Origin: Gammaproteobacteria bacterium
Lineage (GTDB): Bacteria > Pseudomonadota > Gammaproteobacteria > Eutrophobiales > Eutrophobiaceae
Length of the DNA: 48,010 nucleotides
Direction of reading: 5' to 3'
Assembly: GCA_047618295.1 (NCBI GenBank)
Contig: JBLHKL010000003.1
Coordinates: forward strand, 1 to 48,010
The first letter of the stretch is position 1. Every line of letters starts with the position of its first letter. The position numbers and the translations under genes were made by a program. Below the pieces are notes generated by a model that made no database searches, had not been told where the DNA came from, and worked only from the letters and a program-made list of their open reading frames with translations. This document shows, piece by piece, positions 28,066-38,900 of this stretch.

Positions 28066-30324
28066 ATGTACTCGTTTAGTACACCATTTCGAACTGTTTT
28101 GGTGATCAGTTCTTCATGCCTTGTTTTTCAATCGGCTGTCATGGCAGAAGAAACGGAAATTTTATCTCAGGTAAGCATTATCGGTGATCCATCTGCTGTC
28201 TACACAATCCCTGGTTCGGCGCATTACATCGATCAAGAATCAATTAGAGAGTTTTCCTACGACGATATCAACCGTACGCTACGTCAGGTACCTGGTGTTT
28301 ATGTTCGTGAAGAGGATGGTTATGGTTTATTCCCTAATATCAGTTTGCGAGGAGTGGATACCTCTCGGAGTGCAAAAGTAACACTCATGGAAGATGGTGT
28401 GCTCGCGGCTCCTGCACCGTATGCAGCGCCTTCAGCCTATTATTCTCCAACGGCTGGCCGTATGAGTGGTCTCGAAATTTTAAAAGGAAGTAGTCAAATT
28501 AAATACGGCCCGCATACAACGGGTGGTGCGATCAATTACCTATCCACACCAATACCCTTTGAGCAACGTACTTTCTTACGTGCGCAATATGGCGAAGACA
28601 ACGAATACCGTACACATGCGTTTCATGGTAATACTATAGAGACTGCGGCTGGTCGATTTGGCTTTCTAGTTGAAGGTTATTTCAGAGGCGTGGATGGTTT
28701 TAAAACCATTGATGCTGCGCCCGGTTTTAACGACAGAGAGGACACTGGATTTCAAAATGTTGAGCCAATGATCAAGCTTGCCTGGGAGCCGGCAACAAAC
28801 ATATATCAGCGCGTTGAAGTAAAATATGGTTTTACTGATGCTGAGGCAGACGAGACATACTTGGGCTTAAGTACAGCAGATTTTCGGGCCGACCCCAACA
28901 GACGCTATTCAGCATCACGTTTCGACAATATCCAACGTGAGCACCATCGTAGCTATCTACGTTACTTTGTTTCTCCGACAGAAAATTTTGATTTGGTTAC
29001 GACTGCTTACTACAACAAGTTTGCCCGTAATTGGTATAAATTGAATGATATTCGTTCTACCGCTGGTGGCTTGACCGCGAATGATAGTTTGTCTGCGGCT
29101 TTAGCGGGTAATCAAAACGGTACTGGACTGAAATGTTTACAGGGTAATCTAGCCTGTGGCTTACGTGTACGCGCTAATAATCGCGAATACTATTCAACCG
29201 GTATTCAAAGTGAAGCTAATCTTCGTTTTGATACTCCTATGTTAAAGCACGAGTTAACTTTGGGTGTTCGTTATCATAAAGATCAGGAAGATCGCTTCCA
29301 ACAAAATGATGTTTACAATCAAGACTCGACAGGAGCTATTAGCAGTGTGACATTTGGTGCACTCGGTTCGCAGGCTGATCGAGAAGATGAAGTAACGGCA
29401 TTAGCGTTCTATATGGAAGATCGAATTGAACGAGGTAATTTGTGGTTGACGCCGGGTATTCGTTTTGAATATCTCGAGCTAGAGCGCGTTGATTATAATG
29501 CGGGTACAACTAGAGATGGAGACCTGGACTTGTTGGGTGGCGGTATTGGTATCGGGTATAACATTACTAGTGAACTACAAGCCTTCGGTGGCGTTCACTT
29601 TGGTTTTTCACCACCCTCACCGGGCGGTGCAATCAACAATAACCTCGAAGAAGAGACCAGTACCAGCTATGAAATTGGGTTTCGATATGCCAGCAGTAAC
29701 CAAGTACTTACCGCAGAGGCGGTTGGTTTCTTGACCGAGTTTGAAGATTTAATCGTGGTCAATAATATTGGTGGTACTGGTTCTGGCAATGATGAAAACT
29801 TTGGTGAAGTTGAATCCTTAGGCCTCGAATTATCTGGACAGTTTGATTTAGGTTTGGCGAAAGGTTGGTCTTTTAGTAATCCATACTTAGTTGCATTTAC
29901 CTATACCGATGCTGAACAGCAAAATAACTCAAGCTCAACGGATGCTGAGTCCATATTTAGTTTTGGTAGTGCTGGTAATAAGGTGCCTTATATTCCCGAG
30001 TATCAGGTTACTCTTGGTAGTTCAGTTAAGTTTTCTCGTTGGGGTGCCTCTGTCAGGGCTAGCTTTGTGGATGAAACCTTTACCAGTGCAAATAACGTTA
30101 GCACTGAAGTGAACGGTATTGGTAATGCGGATGCCCGATTCGGTAAGACGGACTCATATAAGATTGTTGATATTGCTGCCTATTATGAAGTGAAAAGTGA
30201 TGTGCAAATATTTGCTGGCATACAGAATTTATTTGAAGAAGAGTTCATTGCATCTCGACAACCGCATGGTCCTCGTCCCGGCGCACCACGAACATGGTAT
30301 GTTGGTTTTCAGGCAGAAATGTAG
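28066..30324 (+). CDS. TonB-dependent receptor, FecA-like iron uptake
   Basis: Signal peptide, plug motifs LRQVPGV, NISLRG, EILKG, GGAIN; C-terminal NLF...PGAPRT. Confidence 0.9.
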   Translation: MYSFSTPFRTVLVISSSCLVFQSAVMAEETEILSQVSIIGDPSAVYTIPGSAHYIDQESIREFSYDDINRTLRQVPGVYVREEDGYGLFPNISLRGVDTSRSAKVTLMEDGVLAAPAPYAAPSAYYSPTAGRMSGLEILKGSSQIKYGPHTTGGAINYLSTPIPFEQRTFLRAQYGEDNEYRTHAFHGNTIETAAGRFGFLVEGYFRGVDGFKTIDAAPGFNDREDTGFQNVEPMIKLAWEPATNIYQRVEVKYGFTDAEADETYLGLSTADFRADPNRRYSASRFDNIQREHHRSYLRYFVSPTENFDLVTTAYYNKFARNWYKLNDIRSTAGGLTANDSLSAALAGNQNGTGLKCLQGNLACGLRVRANNREYYSTGIQSEANLRFDTPMLKHELTLGVRYHKDQEDRFQQNDVYNQDSTGAISSVTFGALGSQADREDEVTALAFYMEDRIERGNLWLTPGIRFEYLELERVDYNAGTTRDGDLDLLGGGIGIGYNITSELQAFGGVHFGFSPPSPGGAINNNLEEETSTSYEIGFRYASSNQVLTAEAVGFLTEFEDLIVVNNIGGTGSGNDENFGEVESLGLELSGQFDLGLAKGWSFSNPYLVAFTYTDAEQQNNSSSTDAESIFSFGSAGNKVPYIPEYQVTLGSSVKFSRWGASVRASFVDETFTSANNVSTEVNGIGNADARFGKTDSYKIVDIAAYYEVKSDVQIFAGIQNLFEEEFIASRQPHGPRPGAPRTWYVGFQAEM

Positions 30325-30503
30325 TTAATTATTTACTAGCTCGGTTTCAACCAATGTGGATATCGAATTAGTCATATGCATAAGCAAATATAATTGACAT
30401 GTCAGATCTAAAATCTGTAAAAATCTACTTAAATATTTCCATACTAATAGTATTGATCAATCTATAAATTTTAATAAGTAAGAAGTTTCCAAATACATGT
30501 AAT

Positions 30504-30518
30504 TCAGAATCATTATCA
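30504..30518. promoter_or_regulatory. Fur box upstream of the Fe3+ ABC operon
   Basis: TCAGAAT-C-ATTATCA. Confidence 0.65.
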
Positions 30519-30555
30519 TTTATAATATTGTATCTATTAAGAAATCTGACACGCC

Positions 30556-31563
30556 ATGAAAAAGCTATTCATCCTTTTACTCATATTGATTCAATTTCAG
30601 TTGGTGGCTGCTGCAGAAGTCAATATCTATTCCGCACGTAAAGAGGCATTAATAAAACCATTACTGGATCAATTCAATAAAGAAACAGGAATTGCGGTAA
30701 ATATCGTTACCGGCAAGGCTGATACATTACTCAAACGCCTGGAAGTTGAAGGGAGAAATACGCCAGCTGATCTTTTATTAACTGTAGATGTTGCGCGCTT
30801 GATAAGAGCAAAAGAAAAAGGGCTTTTTCAACAGATTGATTCTAAATTATTGAATAAAGTAATTCCTGAAAATTATCGTGATGATGATAAACAGTGGTTT
30901 GGGTTGTCATTACGTTCACGAGTGATTATTTATGCGCCAGATCGTGTTAATGAAAGTGACCTGGATAGTTATATAGACCTCGCAGATAAAAAATGGGCTA
31001 ATCGTATCTGTGTGCGCTCATCATCAAATGTTTACAACCAGTCTTTAGTCGCTGCGATGATAGCCAATTATGGTCTTGAAAAAGCAGAACGTTGGGCGAC
31101 AGGATTGGTGAATAATTTTGCCAGACCACCAAAAGGTGGTGATCGTGATCAAATTAAAGCTGTCGCTGCCGGAGTCTGTGACGTTGCCTTAGTAAATAAT
31201 TATTATCTTGCTGGCATGCTTGAGTCGAGCCAGAAGAGTGAAGTTGCTGCAGCCAAAAAAATAAAATTATTCTGGCCTAATCAGGATGGTCGCGGTGCAC
31301 ATATGAATGTTAGTGGTGCAGGTGTACTGAAACCGGCAAAGCATAAAAAAGAAGCCATACAATTGTTGGAGTTTCTTGTTAGCGATTATGCACAACAATG
31401 GTATGCCGATACCAATCATGAATATTCTATAAACCCTGAAATTGAAAGCAGTTCGGTTTTGAAAAGTTGGGGAAAGTTTAAGGCAGACGATCTTAATCTT
31501 AGTTTATTAGGTAAACATAACACCGATGCGGTGTTATTAATGGACCGAGTAGGCTGGAAGTAA
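30556..31563 (+). CDS. fbpA: Fe(III) ABC transporter substrate-binding protein (FbpA/FutA)
   Basis: IYSAR, NVYN, GGDRDQ, NNYY Tyr ligands. Confidence 0.88.
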   Translation: MKKLFILLLILIQFQLVAAAEVNIYSARKEALIKPLLDQFNKETGIAVNIVTGKADTLLKRLEVEGRNTPADLLLTVDVARLIRAKEKGLFQQIDSKLLNKVIPENYRDDDKQWFGLSLRSRVIIYAPDRVNESDLDSYIDLADKKWANRICVRSSSNVYNQSLVAAMIANYGLEKAERWATGLVNNFARPPKGGDRDQIKAVAAGVCDVALVNNYYLAGMLESSQKSEVAAAKKIKLFWPNQDGRGAHMNVSGAGVLKPAKHKKEAIQLLEFLVSDYAQQWYADTNHEYSINPEIESSSVLKSWGKFKADDLNLSLLGKHNTDAVLLMDRVGWK

Positions 31564-31576
31564 CTTAGAGTCCCTG

Positions 31577-33268
31577 ATGCGTGCTACTCGTACTGCTCAA
31601 GCATTACCCAATGGCTATGCTTTTAATACAAGCTTATTCAAAGTAACGAAATGGAACACAGCATTAGTTTTTCTTTCATTACTATTTAGTATTCCACTTG
31701 CTGTCGTATTTGGTTCTCTATTTTTTCCAGAGTATGAAGTATGGGAGCATCTAAGAGCGACCGTTTTAACTGACTATATTGGAAACTCATTAGCGCTATT
31801 GGTCGGTGTTGGCTTCTTTAGTTTATTGCTCGGCGTTATCCCCGCATGGATGGTAACCATGTATCGGTTTCCCTTTAGTCGCCAACTTGAATGGGCATTG
31901 TTATTACCTATGTCTATGCCAGCCTACATTATTGCCTATAGTTATACCGGTGCGCTGGATGTGGCTGGCCCATTACAAACTATGCTTCGAGAGTTTACCG
32001 GTTGGCAGTATCGAGATTATTGGTTTCCGGAGGTTCGTTCATTGGGTGGCGCAATAGCGATGTTGTCGTTGGTTCTATACCCTTATATTTACTTATTAGC
32101 CCGCGCCGCATTTATAGAGCAATCGGTTTGTGTATTGGAAGTGTCTCGTACATTGGGGTGTAATGCCGTTGACGCCTTCAGACGCGTCGCCTTGCCATTA
32201 GCGCGTCCCGCCATCATGGTCGGTCTCTCACTTGTTGTGATGGAAACCTTGGCTGATTACGGCACTGTTCAATACTTTGGTGTCTCCACATTTACGACTG
32301 GCATCTTCAGGACATGGTTTGGCTTGGGTAATAGTCTCGCTGCTGCACAACTATCTGCATTATTGTTAGTGTTTGTCGCAGTCTTTTTGTATCTTGAAAA
32401 ACGTTCTCGAAAACAAGCGCGGTATCACCATACCAGCAATCGTTACAGTTCATTGATGCAGCAACGGTTAACAAAAGGGCATGGCTTAATTGCTTTAACT
32501 ATTTGTGCGGCACCATTAGTGTTTGGTTTTATTATTCCGGTCTCTCTTTTAATCAACTGGGCCATAGATACCTACGCGGATGTCCTCGGCAAAGATTTTT
32601 ATCTATTATTATTTCATAGTTTGTTGTTGGCTTTTGTCACCTCTGCATTAGCCTTGGCAATAGCCTTATTCATGGCGTATTCAAATAGAAACAATCAGTC
32701 ATTACTTAATCGTATATTGGTGCGGTTTGTTAGCATGGGTTATGCGATACCCGGTACCGTTATTGCCGTGGGTGTTTTAATTCCGTTTGCCTGGTTCGAT
32801 AATTCATTAGATACCTTGTTAATGGAAAACTTAAACATCAGCAGTGGTTTATTGATCAGTGGTACGGTGTTTACTCTTGTCTTTGCCTATTTGGTTCGTT
32901 TTCTAGCAGTGTCTATTAATACTGTTGAGGCAGCGTTGGGTAAGATAAAGCCGGTCATGGATGAGGTTGCAAAGACAACCGGTATGCGAGCAGGTACTAT
33001 TGTAAAACGTATTCATATGCCAATGATGCGTGGTAGTTTATTGACAGCGTTATTATTAGTCTTTGTTGATGTACTTAAAGAATTGCCCGCAACGCTTATA
33101 TTAAGGCCGTTTAATTTTAATACGCTAGCGGTGCGCACCTATGAACTTGCCAATGAAGAACTATTGGCCGAAGCGGCGGTGCCTGCGCTAGCGATAGTGA
33201 TAGCAGGTATCATCCCGGTTATTATTATTAGTAACTCAATTTCACGATCACGTCCTGGCCATGAATAA
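31577..33268 (+). CDS. fbpB: Fe(III) ABC permease
   Basis: Two-repeat permease; LADYG, KELPATL. Confidence 0.88.
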   Translation: MRATRTAQALPNGYAFNTSLFKVTKWNTALVFLSLLFSIPLAVVFGSLFFPEYEVWEHLRATVLTDYIGNSLALLVGVGFFSLLLGVIPAWMVTMYRFPFSRQLEWALLLPMSMPAYIIAYSYTGALDVAGPLQTMLREFTGWQYRDYWFPEVRSLGGAIAMLSLVLYPYIYLLARAAFIEQSVCVLEVSRTLGCNAVDAFRRVALPLARPAIMVGLSLVVMETLADYGTVQYFGVSTFTTGIFRTWFGLGNSLAAAQLSALLLVFVAVFLYLEKRSRKQARYHHTSNRYSSLMQQRLTKGHGLIALTICAAPLVFGFIIPVSLLINWAIDTYADVLGKDFYLLLFHSLLLAFVTSALALAIALFMAYSNRNNQSLLNRILVRFVSMGYAIPGTVIAVGVLIPFAWFDNSLDTLLMENLNISSGLLISGTVFTLVFAYLVRFLAVSINTVEAALGKIKPVMDEVAKTTGMRAGTIVKRIHMPMMRGSLLTALLLVFVDVLKELPATLILRPFNFNTLAVRTYELANEELLAEAAVPALAIVIAGIIPVIIISNSISRSRPGHE

Positions 33269-34307
33269 CGCAATCGAAATAAAAGACATATCATTATCCA
33301 TAGAAGGTCGAGACATATTGGAAGATGTTTCCTTTGGCGTGAATGAGGCTGGGATCGCCTGTCTGCTTGGGCCGAGCGGCTGTGGCAAGACGACCTTGTT
33401 ACGTTGCATTGCAGGTTTTGAAAGACAACATAAAGGCGAAGTCTGGATCAAAGGGGTCAGGGTCAGCAACCCGGCGCACCATCTTCCAGTAGAGCAACGG
33501 CACATCGGCATGGTATTTCAGGACTATGCTTTATTTCCGCATATGAGTGTCAAAGACAATATTATTTTTGGTTTAAAGAACCTGAATACAAAGATGGTGA
33601 CGCAACGACTGGATGAATTAGTGGCATTACTTTCTTTAGAGAAGCATATAAATAAATATCCGCATAGTCTATCCGGAGGTCAACAGCAACGTGTTGCCTT
33701 AGCTCGTGCGATGGCCCCTCGACCAGGTGTGTTGTTATTAGATGAACCTTTCGCCAGTCTCGATATAGAGCTACGTGAACAAATAGCTCGTGAGCTACGG
33801 CAGATATTAAAACACGATGGCATAACTACAATAATGGTCAGCCACAACCAACTTGAGGCATTTGCCATGGCGGACGTCATTGGCGTGATGAGTGACGGTC
33901 AGTTACTCCAATGGGATAATGCATTTGACCTTTATCACGAACCGAAAACAGCAGTAGTAGCAGATTTTGTTGGAGAAGGTGTCTTTATCGCAGGTGAAGT
34001 TATTAATGATAAAGAGGTTAAAACTGAGATTGGCATTATTCAAAGTGCTGTTGCCCATGATACGGGGGCAGGTAAGAAAGTACGTGTTCTGATCAGACCT
34101 GATGATATTTTGCATGATGATGACAGCAGTATGACTGCACGAGTCACAGACAAGGCATTCAGGGGCGCCGAGTTTCTATACACACTTGAACTAGAGAGTG
34201 GATTGCGTGTATTGAGTCTGGTGCCGAGTCATCATGATCATCCAATGAATGAACCTATTGGTATACGCTTAGAAATAGATCATCTGGTTATTTTCCCCGA
34301 GAAATAG
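33261..34307 (+). CDS. fbpC: Fe(III) ABC ATPase
   Basis: GPSGCGKT, LSGGQQQR, LLDEP. Confidence 0.88.
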   Translation: MNNAIEIKDISLSIEGRDILEDVSFGVNEAGIACLLGPSGCGKTTLLRCIAGFERQHKGEVWIKGVRVSNPAHHLPVEQRHIGMVFQDYALFPHMSVKDNIIFGLKNLNTKMVTQRLDELVALLSLEKHINKYPHSLSGGQQQRVALARAMAPRPGVLLLDEPFASLDIELREQIARELRQILKHDGITTIMVSHNQLEAFAMADVIGVMSDGQLLQWDNAFDLYHEPKTAVVADFVGEGVFIAGEVINDKEVKTEIGIIQSAVAHDTGAGKKVRVLIRPDDILHDDDSSMTARVTDKAFRGAEFLYTLELESGLRVLSLVPSHHDHPMNEPIGIRLEIDHLVIFPEK

Positions 34308-34409
34308 AAGTGTACAGAGGGTGGCGGTTAGTCTTTTCCTGTCTTAAACTACATAGACATAGTAGTTCAATTTAATATTAATCATAATAAAAATGAGTGG
34401 TCAAAGCTG

Positions 34410-34802
34410 ATGCATAGTGTTCCTGCCGATTTAAAATATACGAGTTCACACACCTGGGTAGAAGATATGGGCGAAAAGACCTATCGGGTTGGAATAACAG
34501 ATTTTGCCCAAGATGAGCTAGGTGACATCGTTTTTGTTGAGATGCCAGAAGTAGACCGTGAGTATGGTCAGACCGATGAATGTGCTGTTGTTGAATCAGT
34601 TAAATCAACATCAGACATCTATTGTCCATTAAGCGGTATTATTATGGAGCTTAATCCGGCATTGGAAGATGCCCCTGAGTTAATTAATTCGGAGCCGTAT
34701 AGTGATGGCTGGATATTTATAATCAAAACAAATGACGATTCCGAGCTGGATGAGTTAATTGATGCGGATAGTTATACAGAATTAACAGAAGAGGGTTTAT
34801 AA
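34410..34802 (+). CDS. gcvH: Glycine cleavage system H protein
   Basis: GITDFAQxxLGD, ESVKS lipoyl Lys. Confidence 0.93.
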   Translation: MHSVPADLKYTSSHTWVEDMGEKTYRVGITDFAQDELGDIVFVEMPEVDREYGQTDECAVVESVKSTSDIYCPLSGIIMELNPALEDAPELINSEPYSDGWIFIIKTNDDSELDELIDADSYTELTEEGL

Positions 34803-34803
34803 G

Positions 34804-35301
34804 ATGGCAACAATAACTTTACAAGGTAATGAAATTCATACGAACGGTGATTTACCAAAAATAGGTGACAATGCACCTGATTTTTCATTGGTCAATGCTG
34901 AACTTGGAGATGTCTCGCTTGCAACGTATAAGGGCAAGAAAAAATTACTAAGCATTGTGCCAAGTTTAGATACGCCAGTTTGCGCTACCTCGACAAAAAA
35001 GTTTAACGAAACAGCAAAGGAAAAATCAGGTGCTGTTTTTCTGATGATTGCTGCTGACCTGCCTTTTGCGATGTCACGGTTTTGTACGGCTGAAGGCACG
35101 GATAATGTTATTGCCCTGTCTATGATGCGTTCGCGAAAGTTTGCCAAAGACTATGGTGTCTTGATTGAAGATGGTCCATTAGCGGGTATTACTGCAAGAG
35201 CACTTGTAGTTATAGATGAGAATGACAAGGTTATTCATTCAGAGTTAGTGCCGGAGATTGCACAAGAACCAAATTACGATGCGGCACTCGCAAAGTTATA
35301 A
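34804..35301 (+). CDS. tpx: Thiol peroxidase
   Basis: PSLDTPVC, DLPFAxxRFC. Confidence 0.93.
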   Translation: MATITLQGNEIHTNGDLPKIGDNAPDFSLVNAELGDVSLATYKGKKKLLSIVPSLDTPVCATSTKKFNETAKEKSGAVFLMIAADLPFAMSRFCTAEGTDNVIALSMMRSRKFAKDYGVLIEDGPLAGITARALVVIDENDKVIHSELVPEIAQEPNYDAALAKL

Positions 35302-35342
35302 TTAAAGAATTTCTAAAATAAGACAGGGATGTAAGTAAGACT

Positions 35343-35705
35343 ATGGCCTCGCAAGGAACCAGCGGATTGACGAGGCTAGTAAAGGCAACGCAATTTTCTT
35401 GGAAAGGGCTCAGGGCCGCTTTTGCTAATGAGCAGGCCTTCAGACAAGAAGTTTATCTAACCATTGCATTGATTCCTCTGGCTTTATATTTTGGTGAAAA
35501 CGGACTTGAACGCGCATTACTTATCAGTGTTGTTCTTTTAATATTGATCATTGAATTAATAAACTCAGGCATTGAAGCGATTGTTGATCGGGTTAGTACG
35601 GATCATCATGAATTATCTGGCCGAGCAAAAGATATCGGTTCAGCAGCGGTATTACTTTCTTTAATTAATGCTGCCATAGTTTGGGCCTTAGTTCTTATTA
35701 AATAA
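35343..35705 (+). CDS. dgkA: Diacylglycerol kinase
   Basis: AFRQE, ELINSxIE, AKDxGSAAV. Confidence 0.93.
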   Translation: MASQGTSGLTRLVKATQFSWKGLRAAFANEQAFRQEVYLTIALIPLALYFGENGLERALLISVVLLILIIELINSGIEAIVDRVSTDHHELSGRAKDIGSAAVLLSLINAAIVWALVLIK

Positions 35706-36778
35706 TGTGTTTTAGAAACGTTGTTTTAGTATTAATTGTATTCTGTTTTTCAAGCTCGGCTCTCGCAGAGAATACTTCGGCCGATAAACCACCGCACGAA
35801 TCCTGGACCTTTAGCTTTGGCTATGAAAACGATCTGTTTGCAGACACCGATCGTTTTTATACTAACGGCATTCAACTCAATTGGATCTCACCAGAATTAA
35901 AATGGTTTGAAGATCTGGAGTGGTTCAAGCAAGACACTTTTCTAAGTCGGCAGGCCAGAAATTTTATCGACATATTGCCGTTTAGTAGTGATCCTGAACG
36001 TCAACGACATCTATCATTTTCGTTGGGACAAAAAATGTTTACCCCACAAGATATTGTCAGTAGTGGCTTAGTGGTTAATGAGCGACCCTATGCTGGCTGG
36101 CTATATGGAGATATAGCGTTTCATAGCAAAAATCAAAGGCGACTCGATACCTTCGAAATCCAATTAGGCATCATTGGTGATATTTCATTGGCAGAAGAGG
36201 CGCAGGACTTGGTTCATTCGATTCGCGGGATCGATAAAGCCAATGGTTGGGGTAATCAGCTCGAGAACGAAGTCGGTATTGCTTTTATTTATGATCGTAA
36301 ACAGCGATTGATAAGACGTACAGATATGGTCGGTTTATTAGGCTTTGATACGGTCATGCACGGTGGTGTTGCTCTGGGTAATGTGTTTACACATTTGAAT
36401 ACAGGTGCCGAATTTCGTTTTGGTTGGAATATACCAACTGATTTTGGTTCCGCCTTGATACGACCTGCCGGTAATACAAACGCACCAACGGATTCAACCG
36501 ATCCACGCTATCAACATGGCAAAAATGCATTAAGTTTCTATCTCTTTGCAGCCGCGAATGGGCGCTGGGTATTACGTGATATTTTTCTCGATGGAAATAC
36601 ATTTGAAGATAGCCATAGTATCGATAAGAAATCCTTGGTTGGAGAGTTTGTTCTTGGTTCCAGTGTGGTCATAAAGAATTTTAAAATCTCTTATGCTCAG
36701 GTATTTCGTTCCAAGGAATTTGATGGGCAGCCCAGTGGCCAAAGCTTTGGATCGATATCACTGTCTTATACGTACTAA
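35705..36778 (+). CDS. lpxR: LpxR-family lipid A deacylase (DUF2219)
   Basis: END...DxxYTNG, FTP, RPYAGWL, QxxxH, beta-barrel C-terminus YTY. Confidence 0.8.
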   Translation: MCFRNVVLVLIVFCFSSSALAENTSADKPPHESWTFSFGYENDLFADTDRFYTNGIQLNWISPELKWFEDLEWFKQDTFLSRQARNFIDILPFSSDPERQRHLSFSLGQKMFTPQDIVSSGLVVNERPYAGWLYGDIAFHSKNQRRLDTFEIQLGIIGDISLAEEAQDLVHSIRGIDKANGWGNQLENEVGIAFIYDRKQRLIRRTDMVGLLGFDTVMHGGVALGNVFTHLNTGAEFRFGWNIPTDFGSALIRPAGNTNAPTDSTDPRYQHGKNALSFYLFAAANGRWVLRDIFLDGNTFEDSHSIDKKSLVGEFVLGSSVVIKNFKISYAQVFRSKEFDGQPSGQSFGSISLSYTY

Positions 36779-36923
36779 ATTAAATGGAAGAATCAGTGTC
36801 AAATAATTGATAAGCTTGAGTGATTAGAGTTTATTCTGTTATAAAACTATATACGCTAATGAAAGCAGGGCGTGTTTTGGCACAAACTGCAACCGAAAAC
36901 TACTTTAACTCTGGAGGATATAT

Positions 36924-37958
36924 ATGACGGCGAATAGTTATTATGGTCAAGAAGGACATGGCCCTTATGAACTTATGGATATCGGCACATTAGAATTGGA
37001 AGAGGGTGGTTCAATTTCAAATTGCCAACTCGCTGTTGCCACGCATGGCACGCTTAACGCTGAAAAGGATAATGCAATCCTTGTCACTACTTGGTATTCA
37101 GGTACTAGTAAGATTATGGAGGATGTCTACATCGGCCCTGGTCGTGCACTCGATCCAGATAAATATTTTATTGTTGTGGTTAACCAAATAGGTGACGGCT
37201 TGTCGACTTCACCACACAACTCTGATGGCGCATCATTTCCTAAGGTACGTATTGGTGATGATGTACGTGCTCAACACAAACTATTGACTGAAACATTTGG
37301 TATAACAAGCCTTGCGCTTGTTGTTGGCGGTTCAATGGGGGCACAGCAAACTTATGAATGGGCAGTGCGTTACCCTGATATGGTAAAACGTGCTGCACCG
37401 ATCGCTGGAACGGCAAAAAACACCGAACATGATTTTCAATACACACAGACTCTCATTGAGGCGATTACCTCCGATCCAAAATTCAATAATGGTGATTATG
37501 CAGATTCAGCGGAAGCGGCAGACGGATTGAGAAGACACGCCAAGTTGTGGACTGTGATGGGTTGGAGTACTGAGTTTTTTCGTCAGAATCGTCATCAAGC
37601 TCTCGGTTTCGAATCAGTGCAAGCGTTTGTTGATGAATTCATGACCGGCTATTTTGCTCCTATGGATCCGAATGATCTGCTGTGCATGGCGTGGAAATGG
37701 CAGCACGGTGATGTGAGCCGACATACTGATGGTGATTTGGCCGCAGCGCTAGGTCGAATAACTGCGAAAATGTATGTTATGCCGATCAGTCATGATATGT
37801 TTTTTCCACCTACAGACTGTGAAATTGAGCAACAACTCGTACCAAACAGTGAGTTAAAAATCATCAACAGTATAGATGGTCATCTTGCTCTTTTTGGAAC
37901 TGACCCTGATTGTCAGGCACAGATCGATACCGTGTTAAAGGAACTGTTAGCATCATGA
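36924..37958 (+). CDS. MekB-like acetate-ester hydrolase (homoserine O-acetyltransferase-fold alpha/beta hydrolase)
   Basis: GGSMG nucleophile, TWYSGT, HD and GH catalytic motifs; resembles MekB of Pseudomonas veronii as recalled. Confidence 0.7.
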   Translation: MTANSYYGQEGHGPYELMDIGTLELEEGGSISNCQLAVATHGTLNAEKDNAILVTTWYSGTSKIMEDVYIGPGRALDPDKYFIVVVNQIGDGLSTSPHNSDGASFPKVRIGDDVRAQHKLLTETFGITSLALVVGGSMGAQQTYEWAVRYPDMVKRAAPIAGTAKNTEHDFQYTQTLIEAITSDPKFNNGDYADSAEAADGLRRHAKLWTVMGWSTEFFRQNRHQALGFESVQAFVDEFMTGYFAPMDPNDLLCMAWKWQHGDVSRHTDGDLAAALGRITAKMYVMPISHDMFFPPTDCEIEQQLVPNSELKIINSIDGHLALFGTDPDCQAQIDTVLKELLAS

Positions 37959-38072
37959 GTTAGTTGTCGGGATATGGTTTCTATCACTATTTGATTGAAA
38001 TCTGGTTGCTAACGGTTCGTTACATGGATAAAGTTAATTTTCCATTAGCTTCTTATTCTTTTGGAGAAAACT

Positions 38073-38870
38073 ATGTCAGCCAATGTGAATGAAATTATCA
38101 ATGATGAAATATTATTGATCGATATCGATGCTGGTGTTGCCAGGCTCACATTGAATCGGCCGGCGCAATACAATGCACTGTCGGGCGATATGTTGACGGC
38201 CTTACAAAATGCAATAGACAACATTGCACAAGATAAATCCGTTCGAGTGGTTATTATTTCTGCGAACGGCAAGGCCTTTTGTGCTGGGCATGATTTAAAA
38301 GAGGTGCGTTCCAGCGATGACCCTGAATTTCATAAAGTCTTATTCACTCAATGCAGTAACTTTATGCAATCGATTAGCCAGCTTCCTCAACCTGTTATCG
38401 CTGAAGTTAATGGCATAGCAACTGCTGCGGGTTGTCAATTGGTTGCAGCATGTGATCTTGCAGTCGCAGAAGAAGGTGCGCGTTTTGCTGTCTCTGGAAT
38501 CAATGTGGGTCTGTTTTGTTCTACACCTGCAGTGGCGCTCAGCCGCAATATGCATCGTAAGCAGGCTATGAAGATGTTGCTAACCGGCGAATTTATCGAT
38601 GCAAAGACGGCACAGCAATTTGGATTGATTAATGAAGTAGTCCCTACTGAAGACCTGGTCGCAAAGACAAAAGAACTTGCTGAGATTATTTCCAATAAGT
38701 CGGCAATGGCAATCGGTCTTGGTAAAAAACTATTTTACCAACAATTAAATATGGATCTTAGTGCGGCGTATGATGCCGCCAATGAAACTATAGTTTGTAA
38801 TATAGACAGCCATGATGCCAGGGAAGGGATAGATGCATTCATAGAAAAGCGTAAACCAAAGTGGAATTAG
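38073..38870 (+). CDS. Enoyl-CoA hydratase/isomerase family protein
   Basis: FCAGHDL, AAGCQL, GLFCSTP. ATG at 38073 follows GGAGA. Confidence 0.88.
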   Translation: MSANVNEIINDEILLIDIDAGVARLTLNRPAQYNALSGDMLTALQNAIDNIAQDKSVRVVIISANGKAFCAGHDLKEVRSSDDPEFHKVLFTQCSNFMQSISQLPQPVIAEVNGIATAAGCQLVAACDLAVAEEGARFAVSGINVGLFCSTPAVALSRNMHRKQAMKMLLTGEFIDAKTAQQFGLINEVVPTEDLVAKTKELAEIISNKSAMAIGLGKKLFYQQLNMDLSAAYDAANETIVCNIDSHDAREGIDAFIEKRKPKWN

Positions 38871-38900
38871 TGAAAATCACATAATATAGGTCGTTTTTAA

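Noticed and set aside
35302-35342. ColR box upstream of dgkA-lpxR, expected from the Pseudomonas regulon
   Set aside because: No TTCACA direct repeat is visible there.
36877-36892. Sigma54 promoter TTGGCACAAACTGCA upstream of the esterase
   Set aside because: GG-to-GC spacing is 8 nt rather than the required 10.
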